Assembly: GCA_964057225.1 (NCBI GenBank)
Contig: OZ059898.1
Coordinates: 16,306,001 to 16,370,000, forward strand
Reading direction: 5' to 3'
DNA length: 64,000 nucleotides
Source of the DNA: Auanema rhodensis
Lineage: Eukaryota; Animalia; Nematoda
Below are positions 1-11,800 of this stretch, piece by piece. Position numbers and translations under genes: made by a program. Positions within the stretch are counted from its first letter, which is position 1, and each line of letters opens with the position of its first letter. The notes below the pieces were generated by a model. The model did no database searches and had not been told where the DNA came from. It saw only the letters and a program-made list of their open reading frames with translations.

Positions 1-238
1 TACATGACAGGTTGAGATATGATATGGCTACTGTTCTTGAAAAAAAAATTTCTTTTATGGAACTAAACATGATAAATAATTTTTATTATATTATAAAGCC
101 TCAATAATGGAAAGAGACTGTGAAATAAAAAATTTTAACGTCAAATTTGACTATTTATCACTATCACACGTGGAAACATAAATTCTTATCAAAGTTATGC
201 GAAAATGAAATGAATTAACATTCTTATATCCTTTTCAG

Positions 239-2327
239 TCTTTGCTAAAAATGAAAACTGATAACAACCTATCAGGAATAGCTGTAATAATTATGGATAT
301 TTTCTCATTAATTCTTGGAGAATATCCTTTAACGTATGAAAAAATTTCAAATAATTTCTTTTTAAAATTATAAATTTTTAGAGTTGTACCAATGGCAAAA
401 GCAACATTTGATGGATATGATGATCCATTAATATCATTTATGAATAGTGAATTAATTCAAGTAAATCATATAAAATATATAATAATTTAATATATTTTTC
501 ATTAATAGAATCTTACAACTATTTTCAATTTACAATTACCACAACAAGACGCTGGTGGTTTCTTCCCATTAGTATGTTTCTTTTTCAAAACATTTTTCTA
601 AACATATTTATAAATATTTTTCATTTTTAAGTTTAAAGTTTTTATAATTCTTTTACAATATTTAAAGAGTTAAGTTGGTAATCAAAAATTATGAGAGTAA
701 AAATTTGATCAAGATATATTCAAGATTATCATGAACTCCCACTTTTTCTTTTGTGTTATAGTTTTGTCGACCAAAAATCGTAAAATTCTTATCATTCCTC
801 AGTTTTCGGAACCAAAAGAAATACAAAGATAAAATAGCTTTTCATTGATATAAATTGAATGCAAAGAATATGAAAATTTGAAAAAAAACCATAAAATTTT
901 ATTTTTAAAAAAAGAAATTTACTTTCAGTATAACCATACAGCTGATGGTAGTTATTATACAAAAACTGGTAAAGATGATGTAAATAAGTATGTTTTCATT
1001 AATTATTAACAAAACATACAAATAATTAATTCTTATAGCCTTGGACTTATCCAAAAATGGGTAAATACTTCACATTTACCATGGTGGGGAGATGAATATT
1101 CAAGAGATATATCTAATAGTGGAGGTTAATATATGATAGTTTATATTTATTTTATAATAAAAACAAATATTTAGATGGATCATTTCAAAAACCAAATTTG
1201 AAAAAAGATGATACACTTAAACAATTTCAATCATTTGTTTGTAGGTAAGTATTTTATTTTATTTAAAATTGATTAAATATATCAATAATATTACAGATCA
1301 TTTTACTTACATTATGATTCAAGTATCTCAAATGGTAATATTCCGGCTTATCGTTTCAAAATGAACGATGATACATTTGACACAACTCTTCTCAAAAATA
1401 AAGGATATCAATATGAAAATCACGAAAAAATTGTTGGTTTTCATTAAGAATTACAAAAATAAGATTATTTCTATAGGATTATTTCCCCACATGGCCTTGT
1501 GGTGCAAATCATACGTATAAACCTGATGATTCTTGCACCAATTTTGATTGTTCTCTTAGACAAAACTGGTGTAATTCTTGTTGCAAAGGAACACATTATA
1601 ACGATACCGTATTTTTACCACCAGGAATGTTTCCTCTTCGTTGTTTCCCAGGTAAATTGCACTGAATTTCACTTTTAATTTGAACAATTGAAGGAAAATT
1701 TGAATTACTACCAGTGGCAGCTTTCATATCTCCTCCACATTTTATTTGGTCTCCAGAAGAAGTGCAAGAAAATGTATATGGGTTGAATCCCGATCCAACT
1801 ATTCATCACCCTGGTATATTTGATATCAACCCTGTATGATTTCAAACTTTCATTTTATTTAAAATTATTCATATAAATTTCAAGACTACTGGATCAACAC
1901 TAGGAGGAGCATTCAGAACACAATTCAACGTTCCAATTTACCATTCAGATGATTTCACGTAGGGCTGATATAAGATTTTTCGCAGTCCATATACCAATTT
2001 CAGAATTCCTTCCACAATCAGAAATAGTTTTACACCTTGCTTCTGGTTAAATTTACGAATAGAAATGTTGGATTATGCTCATAATTATCTTTTTTTCAAT
2101 ACTGTTACATTACCAAATATTATATTAGGAGTAGGAATTGGTTAGTGTTCATACGAAAAATATAATAAAATATAATTTGTTTTTCAGGATTAACAGCAGT
2201 AGCAGCATTATTACTCTTAGGAATCACTTTCTATATAATCAGAAATTATAGAAAAAATAAGAACTCCTTATCGAATATAGACCAATCAACCACAGTGGCC
2301 ACATATAGACGTAGAGTATCGTCGTAG
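239..2327 (+). CDS. CD36 / scavenger receptor class B family protein (nematode SCAV-type), 5'-partial, 12 visible exons
   Basis: Hand-spliced exons 239-333, 382-460, 509-571, 929-987, 1039-1124, 1175-1244, 1297-1432, 1477-1651, 1694-1833, 1885-1958, 2004-2140, 2188-2327(TAG), all GT-AG and frame-consistent. Translation contains CD36-family hallmarks: FDGYDDPLI, YNHTADGSYYTKTGKDD, LPWWGD...SGDGSF, FVCRS, LPPG, SPPHF, GLNPD..H...FDINPTTG, PCFW, then a C-terminal TM helix (IILGVGIGLTAVAALLLLGITFYII) and a basic tail. The N-terminal exons were not found and probably lie left of the window. Confidence 0.92.
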
Positions 2328-2475
2328 AAGCAAATTCCGGAAAGCTTTCATCTGGATTTTTTCATAATCGAGATTTTCACTTCATAAAAAACATATTGTT
2401 CTTTATATTCTCTATAGAACAGTTTGATGACGGGCAATTATAAATGTATTATCATAAAGTTTTTTATAAAATAAT

Positions 2476-2761
2476 TGAAATGACTTGTACAAAAACGAAA
2501 TCTGAAGAATTGAAAATTTTTATTTCAATATTTATTTTAAGTATTGTATCTTCATTATCAATTGGATTTATATATAATACTTCTGTTTGTACCTGTGTAT
2601 AATATACTAAGTGAACAAAAAATAATCGAAAAAAAATTTATTCAAAAGGAGAATTTCAAAAAACGTAGAAAATATGAATATTTCTTCCAAAAAAAATTCA
2701 AAAACATATATCAAAATAGTTGACATGACCTGTACAAAAACGAAATCTAAAGAATTGAAAA
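2476..2761 (+). repeat. 41-bp direct repeat, two copies (2476-2516 and 2721-2761), just left of the satellite
   Basis: tgaaatgacttgtacaaaaacgaaatctgaagaattgaaaa versus tgacatgacctgtacaaaaacgaaatctaaagaattgaaaa: 3 mismatches, copies 245 bp apart. Confidence 0.85.
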
Positions 2762-2880
2762 ACGTCTCACATCCTACAAGTCATATCCTTCCTTCATGAG
2801 CACTCAATCCAATCAAACAAACATATAAATACGACGAAAAAAAAACGAAAAAATTAATGAAAAAATCAAATAATTCATGC

Positions 2881-5800
2881 GATAGTTTGAAGAAGTCAAG
2901 TAAAGAACTGGGATCCTACCTAGTATGGCTCTCACGGATTTTAAAATTTTCTGGGTTTACTGTATTTTGAGAATATTTAGAAGATAAATCAAGATGATAG
3001 TGGTTCAGAGGATAGTTTGGACAAGTCAAATCAAGGACTGGGATCCTACCTAGTATGCCTCTCACGGATTTTTTAAAATTTTCTCGGATTACTGTATTTT
3101 GAGAATATTTAGAAGATAAATCAAGATGATAGTGGTTCAGAGGATAGTTTGGACAAGTCAAATCAAGGACTGGGATCCTACCTAGTATGCCTCTCACGGA
3201 TTTTTTAAAATTTTCTCGGATTACTGTATTTTGAGAATATTTAGAAGATAAATCAAGATGATAGTGGTTCAGAGGATAGTTTGGACAAGTCAAATCAAGG
3301 ACTGGGATCCTACCTAGTATGCCTCTCACGGATTTTTTAAAATTTTCTCGGATTACTGTATTTTGAGAATATTTAGAAGATAAATCAAGATGATAGTGGT
3401 TCAGAGGATAGTTTGGACAAGTCAAATCAAGGACTGGGATCCTACCTAGTATGCCTCTCACGGATTTTTTAAAATTTTCTCGGATTACTGTATTTTGAGA
3501 ATATTTAGAAGATAAATAAAGATGATAGTGGTTCAGAGGATAGTTTGGACAAGTCAAGTCAAGGACTGGGATCCTACCTAGTATGTCAATCACGAATTTT
3601 AAAATTTTCTGGGATTACTGTATTTTGAGAATATTTAGAAGATAAATCAAGATGATAGTGGTTCAGAGGATAGTTTGGACAAGTCAAATCAAGAACTGGG
3701 ATCCTACCTAGTATGCCTCTCACGGATTTTTTAAAATTTTCTCGGATTACTGTATTTTGAGAATATTTAGAAGATAAATAAAGATGATAGTGGTTCAGAG
3801 GATAGTTTGGACAAGTCAAGTCAAAGACTGGGATCCTACCTAGTATGTCAATCACGAATTTTAAAATTTTCTGGGATTACTGTATTTTGAGAATATTTAG
3901 AAGATAAATCAAGATGATAGTGGTTCAGAGGATAGTTTGGACAAGTCAAATCAAGAACTGGGATCCTACCTAGTATGCCTCTCACGGATTTTTTAAAATT
4001 TTCTGGGATTACTGTATTTTGAGAATATTTAGAAGATAAATCAAGATGATAGTGGTTCAGAGGATAGTTTGGACAAGTCAAGTCAAGGACTGGGATCCTA
4101 CCTAGTATGCCAATCACGAATTTTAAAATTTTCTGGGATTACTGTATTTTGAGAATATTTAGAAGATAAATCAAGATGATAGTGGTTCAGAGGATAGTTT
4201 GGACAAGTCAAGTCAAGGACTGGGATCCTACCTAGTATGCCTCTCACGGATTTTAAAATTTTCTGGGATTACTGTATTTTGAGAATATTTAGAAGATAAA
4301 TCAAGATGATAGTGGTTCAGAGGATAGTTTGGACAAGTCAAATCAAGAACTGGGATCCTACCTAATATGCCACTCACGGATTTTGAAATTTTCTGGGTTT
4401 ACTGTATTTTGAGAATATTTAGAAGAAAAATCAAGATGATAGTGGTTCAGAGGATAGTTTGGACAAGTCAAGTCAAGAACTGGGATCCTACCTAGTATGC
4501 CTCTCACGGATTTTAAAATTTTCTGGGATTACTGTATTTTGAGAATATTTAGAAGATAAATCAAGATGATAGTTGTTCAGAGGATAGTTTGGACAAGTCA
4601 AATCAAGGACTGGGATCCTACCTAGTATGCCTCTCACGGATTTTAAAATTTTCTGGGATTACTGTATTTTGAGAATATTTAGAAGATAAATCAAGATGAT
4701 AGTGGTTCAGAGGATAGTTTGGACAAGTCAAGTCAAGGACTGGGATCCTACCTAGTATGCCTCTCACGGATTTTAAAATATTCTGGGATTACTGTATTTT
4801 GAGAATATTTAGAAGATAAATCAAGATGATAGTGGTTCAGAGGATAGTTTGGACAAGTCAAGTCAAGGACTGGGATCCTACCTAGTATGCCTCTCACGGA
4901 TTTTAAAATTTTCTCGGATTACTGTATTTTGAGAATATTTAGAAGATAAATCAAGATGATAGTGGTTCAGAGGATAGTTTGGACCAGTCAAGTCAAGAAC
5001 TGGGATCCTACGTAGTATGCCTCTCACGGATTTTAAATTTTTCTGGGTTTACTGTATTTTGAGAATATTTAGAAGATAAATCAAGATGATAGTGGTTCAG
5101 AGGATAGTTTGGACCAGTCAAGTCAAGGACTGGGATCCTACCTAGTATGCCTCTCACGGATTTAAAAATTTTCTGGGATTACTGTATTTTGAGAATATTT
5201 AGAAGATAAATCAAGATGATAGTGGTTCAGAGAATAGTTTGGACAAGTCAAATCAAGAACTGGGATCCTACCTAGTATCCCTCTCACGGATTTTAAATTT
5301 TTCTGGGTTTACTGTATTTTGAGAATATTTAGAAGATAAATCAAGATGATAGTGGTTCAGAGGATAGTTTGGACCAGTCAAGTCAAGGACTGGGATCCTA
5401 CCTAGTATGCCTCTCACGGATTTTAAAATTTTCTGGGATTACCGTATTTTGAGAATATTTAGAAGATAAATCAAGATGATAGTGGTTCAGAGGATGGTTT
5501 GGACAAGTCAAATCAAAAACTGGGATCCTACGTAGTATGCCTCTCACGGATTTTAAATTTTTCTGGGTTTACTGTATTTTGAGAATATTTAGAAGATAAA
5601 TCAAGATGATAGTGGTTCAGAGGATAGTTTGGACCAGTCAAGTCAAGGACTGGGATCCTACCTAGTATGCCTCTCACGGATTTAAAATTTTTCTGGGTTT
5701 ACTGTATTTTGAGAATATTTAGAAGATAAATCAAGATGATAGTGGTTCAGAGGATAGTTTGGACCAGTCAAGTCAAGGACTGGGATCCTACCTAGTATGC

Positions 5801-8800
5801 CTCTCACGGATTTAAAATTTTTCTGGGTTTACTGTATTTTGAGAATATTTAGAAGATAATTCAAGATGATAGTGGTTCAGAGGATAGTTTGGACAAGTCA
5901 AGTCAAGGACTGGGATCCTACCTAGTATGCCTCTCACGGATTTAAAATTTTTCTGGGTTTACTGTATTTTGAGAATATTTAGAAGATAAATCAAGATGAT
6001 AGTGGTTCAGAGGATAGTTTGGACAAGTCAAGTCAAGGACTGGGATCCTACCTAGTATGCCTCTCACGGATTTTAAAATTTTCTGGGATTACTGTATTTT
6101 GAGAATATTTAGAAGATAAATCAAGATGATAGTGGTTCAGAGGATAGTTTGGACAAGTCAAATCAAGAACTGGGATCCTACCTAGTATGCCTCTCACGGA
6201 TTTTAAAATTTTCTGGGATTACTGTATTTTGAGAATATTTAGAAGATAAATCAAGATGATAGTGGTTCAGAGGATAGTTTGGACAAGTCAAATCAAGGAC
6301 TGGGATCCTACCTAGTATGCCTCTCACGGATTTAAAAATTTTCTGGGATTACTGTATTTTGAGAATATTTAGAAGATAAATCAAGATGAAGTGGGTCAGA
6401 TGATAGTTTGGACAAGTCAAGTCAAGGAATGGGATCCTACCTAGTTTGCCTCTCACGGATTTTAAAATTTTCTGGGATTACTGTATTTTGAGAATATTTA
6501 GAAGATAAATCAAGATGATAGTGGTTCAGAGGATAGTTTGGACAAGTCAAATCAAGGACTGGGATCCTACCTAGTATGCCTCTCACGGATTTTTTAAAAT
6601 TTTCTCGGATTACTGTATTTTGAGAATATTTAGAAGATAAATAAAGATGATAGTGGTTCAGAGGATAGTTTGGACAAGTCAAATCAAGAACTGGGATCCT
6701 ACCTAGTATGCCTCTCACGGATTTTAAAATTTTCTGGGATTACTGTATTTTGAGAATATTTAGAAGATAAATAAAGATGATAGTGGTTCAGAGGATAGTT
6801 TGGACAAGTCAAGTCAAGGACTGGGATCCTACCTAGTATGTCAATCACGAATTTTAAAATTTTCTTGGTTTACTGTATTTTGAGAATATTTAGAAGATAA
6901 ATCAAGATGAAGTGGGTCAGATGATAGTTTGGACAAGTCAAGTCAAGGAATGGGATCCTACCTAGTTTGCCTCTCACGGATTTTAAAATTTTCTGGGTTT
7001 ACTGTATTTTGAGAATATTTAGAAGATAAATCAATATGATAGTGGTTCAGAGGATAGTTTGGACAAGTCAAGTCAAGGACTGGGATCCTACCTAGTATGC
7101 CTCTCACGGATTTTAAAATTTTCTTGGTTTACTGTATTTTGAGAATATTTAGAAGATAAATCAAGATGATAGTGGTTCAGAGGATAGTTTGGACAAGTCA
7201 AATCAAGAACTGGGATCCTACCTAGTATGCCTCTCACGGATTTTAAAATTTTCTGGGATTACTGTATTTTGAGAATATTTAGAAGATAAATCAAGATGAT
7301 AGTGGTTCAGAGGATAGTTTGGACAAGTCAAGTCAAGGACTGGGATCCTACCTAGTATCCCTCTCACGGATTTTAAATTTTTCTGGGTTTACTGTATTTT
7401 GAGAATATTTAGAAGATAAATCAAGATGAAGTGGGTCAGATGATAGTTTGGACAAGTCAAGTCAAGGAATGGGATCCTACCTAGTTTGCCTCTCACGGAT
7501 TTTAAAATTTTCTGGGATTACTGTATTTTGAGAATATTTAGAAGATAAATCAAGATGATAGTGGTTCAGAGGATAGTTTGGACAAGTCAAATCAAGGACT
7601 GGGATCCTACCTAGTATGCCTCTCACGGATTTTTTAAAATTTTCTCGGATTACTGTATTTTGAGAATATTTAGAAGATAAATAAAGATGATAGTGGTTCA
7701 GAGGATAGTTTGGACAAGTCAAATCAAGAACTGGGATCCTACCTAGTATGCCTCTCACGGATTTTAAAATTTTCTGGGATTACTGTATTTTGAGAATATT
7801 TAGAAGATAAATAAAGATGATAGTGGTTCAGAGGATAGTTTGGACAAGTCAAGTCAAGGACTGGGATCCTACCTAGTATGTCAATCACGAATTTTAAAAT
7901 TTTCTTGGTTTACTGTATTTTGAGAATATTTAGAAGATAAATCAAGATGAAGTGGGTCAGATGATAGTTTGGACAAGTCAAGTCAAGGAATGGGATCCTA
8001 CCTAGTTTGCCTCTCACGGATTTTAAAATTTTCTGGGTTTACTGTATTTTGAGAATATTTAGAAGATAAATCAATATGATAGTGGTTCAGAGGATAGTTT
8101 GGACAAGTCAAGTCAAGGACTGGGATCCTACCTAGTATGCCTCTCACGGATTTTAAAATTTTCTTGGTTTACTGTATTTTGAGAATATTTAGAAGATAAA
8201 TCAAGATGATAGTGGTTCAGAGGATAGTTTGGACAAGTCAAATCAAGAACTGGGATCCTACCTAGTATGCCTCTCACGGATTTTAAAATTTTCTGGGATT
8301 ACTGTATTTTGAGAATATTTAGAAGATAAATCAAGATGATAGTGGTTCAGAGGATAGTTTGGACAAGTCAAGTCAAGGACTGGGATCCTACCTAGTATGC
8401 CTCTCAAGGATTTTAAAATTTTCTGGGTTTACTGTATTTTGAGAATATTTAGAAGATAAATCAAGATGATAGTGGTTCAGAGGATAGTTTGGACAAGTCA
8501 AGTCAAGGACTGGGATCCTACCTAGTATGCCTCTCACGGATTTTAAAATTTTCTGGGTTTACTGTATTTTGTAAATATTTAGAAGATAAATCAAGATGAT
8601 AGTGGTTCAGAGGATAGTTTGGACAAGTCAAGTCAAGGACTGGGATCCTACCTAGTATGCCTCTCACGGATTTTAAAATTTTCTGGGTTTACTGTATTTT
8701 GAGAATATTTAGAAGATAAATCAAGATGAAGTGGGTCAGATGATAGTTTGGACAAGTCAAGTCAAGGACTGGGATCCTACCTAGTATGCCTCTCACGGAT

Positions 8801-11800
8801 TTTAAAATTTTCTGGGTTTACTGTATTTTGTAAATATTTAGAAGATAAATCAAGATGATAGTGGTTCAGAGGATAGTTTGGACAAGTCAAGTCAAGGACT
8901 GGGATCCTACCTAGTATGCCTCTCACGGATTTTAAAATTTTCTGGGTTTACTGTATTTTGAGAATATTTAGAAGATAAATCAAGATGAAGTGGGTCAGAT
9001 GATAGTTTGGACAAGTCAAGTCAAGGACTGGGATCCTACCTAGTATGCCTCTCACGGATTTTAAAATTTTCTGGGTTTACTGTATTTTGAGAATATTTAG
9101 AAGATAAATCAAGATGATAGTGGTTCAGAGGATAGTTTGGACAAGTCAAGTCAAGGACTGGGATCCTACCTAGTATGCCTCTCACGGATTTTAAAATTTT
9201 CTGGGTTTACTGTATTTTGAGAATATTTAGAAGATAAATCAAGATGATAGTGGTTCAGAGGATAGTTTGGACAAGTCAAGTCAAGGACTGGGATCCTACC
9301 TAGTATGCCTCTCAAGGATTTTAAAATTTTCTGGGTTTACTGTATTTTGAGAATATTTAGAAGATAAATCAAGATGATAGTGGTTCAGAGGATAGTTTGG
9401 ACAAGTCAAGTCAAGGACTGGGATCCTACCTAGTATGCCTCTCACGGATTTTAAAATTTTCTGGGTTTACTGTATTTTGAGAATATTTAGAAGATAAATC
9501 AAGATGATAGTGGTTCAGAGGATAGTTTGGACAAGTCAAGTCAAGGACTGGGATCCTACCTAGTATGCCTCTCGAGGATTTTAAAATTTTCTGGGTTTAC
9601 TGTATTTTGAGAATATTTAGAAGATAAATCAAGATGATAGTGGTTCAGAGGATAGTTTGGACAAGTCAAGTCAAGGACTGGGATCCTACCTAGTATGCCT
9701 CTCACGGATTTTAAAATTTTCTGGGTTTACTGTATTTTGAGAATATTTAGAAGATAAATCAAGATGATAGTGGTTCAGAGGATAGTTTGGACAAGTCAAG
9801 TCAAGGACTGGGATCCTACCTAGTATGCCTCTCAAGGATTTTAAAATTTTCTGGGTTTACTGTATTTTGAGAATATTTAGAAGATAAATCAAGATGATAG
9901 TGGTTCAGAGGATAGTTTGGACAAGTCAAGTCAAGGACTGGGATCCTACCTAGTATGCCTCTCAAGGATTTTAAAATTTTCTGGGTTTACTGTATTTTGA
10001 GAATATTTAGAAGATAAATCAATATGATAGTGGTTCAGAGGATAGTTTGGACAAGTCAAGTCAAGGACTGGGATCCTACCTAGTATGCCTCTCAAGGATT
10101 TTAAAATTTTCTGGGTTTACTGTATTTTGAGAATATTTAGAAGATAAATCAATATGATAGTGGTTCAGAGGATAGTTTGGACAAGTCAAGTCAAGGACTG
10201 GGATCCTACCTAGTATGCCTCTCAAGGATTTTAAAATTTTCTGGGTTTACTGTATTTTGAGAATATTTAGAAGATAAATCAAGATGATAGTGGTTCAGAG
10301 GATAGTTTGGACAAGTCAAATCAAGAACTGGGATCCTACCTAGTATGCCTCTCACGGATTTTAAAATTTTCTGGGTTTACTGTATTTTGAGAATATTTAG
10401 AAGATAAATCAAGATGATAGTGGTTCAGAGGATAGTTTGGACAAGTCAAGTCAAGGACTGGGATCCTACCTAGTATGCCTCTCAAGGATTTTAAAATTTT
10501 CTGGGTTTACTGTATTTTGAGAATATTTAGAAGATAAATCAAGATGATAGTGGTTCAGAGGATAGTTTGGACAAGTCAAGTCAAGGACTGGGATCCTACC
10601 TAGTATGCCTCTCACGGATTTTAAAATTTTCTGGGTTTACTGTATTTTGAGAATATTTAGAAGATAAATTAATATGATAGTGGTTCAGAGGATAGTTTGG
10701 ACAAGTCAAGTCAAGGACTGGGATCCTACCTAGTATGCCTCTCACGGATTTTAAAATTTTCTTGGTTTACTGTATTTTGAGAATATTTAGAAGATAAATC
10801 AAGATGATAGTGGTTCAGAGGATAGTTTGGACAAGTCAAATCAAGAACTGGGATCCTACCTAGTATGCCTCTCACGGATTTTAAAATTTTCTGGGTTTAC
10901 TGTATTTTGAGAATATTTAGAAGATAAATCAAGATGATAGTGGTTCAGAGGATAGTTTGGACAAGTCAAATCAAGAACTGGGATCCTACGTAGTATGCCT
11001 CTCACGGATTTTAAAATTTTCTGGGATTACTGTATTTTGAGAATATTTAGAAGATAAATCAAGATGATAGTGGTTCAGAGGATAGTTTGGACAAGTCAAA
11101 TCAAGAACTGGGATCCTACGTAGTATGCCTCTCACGGATTTTAAAATTTTCTGGGATTACTGTATTTTGAGAATATTTAGAAGATAAATCAAGATGATAG
11201 TGGGTCAGATGATAGTTTGGACAAGTCAAATCAAGAACTGGGATCCTACGTAGTATGCCTCTCACGGATTTTAAAATTTTCTGGGATTACCGTATTTTGA
11301 GAATATTTAGAAGATAAATCAAGATGATAGTGGTTCAGAGGATAGTTTGGACAAGTCAAGTCAAGGACTGGGATCCTACCTAGTATGCCTCTCAAGGATT
11401 TTAAAATTTTCTTGGTTTACCGTATTTTGAGAATATTTAGAAGACAAATCAAGATGATAGTGGTTCAGAGGATAGTTTGGACAAGTCAAGTCAAGGACTG
11501 GGATCCTACCTAGTATGCCTCTCACGGATTTTAAAATTTTCTGGGTTTACTGTATTTTGAGAATATTTAGAAGATAAATCAAGATGATAGTGGTTCAGAG
11601 GATAGTTTGGACAAGTCAAATCAAGAACTGGGATCCTACGTAGTATGCCTCTCACGGATTTTAAAATTTTCTGGGATTACTGTATTTTGAGAATATTTAG
11701 AAGATAAATCAAGATGATAGTGGGTCAGATGATAGTTTGGACAAGTCAAATCAAGAACTGGGATCCTACGTAGTATGCCTCTCACGGATTTTAAAATTTT

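Noticed and set aside
1-238. Additional CD36 exon at the window start
   Set aside because: No frame gave a CD36-like peptide with proper splice sites, so it was treated as intron.
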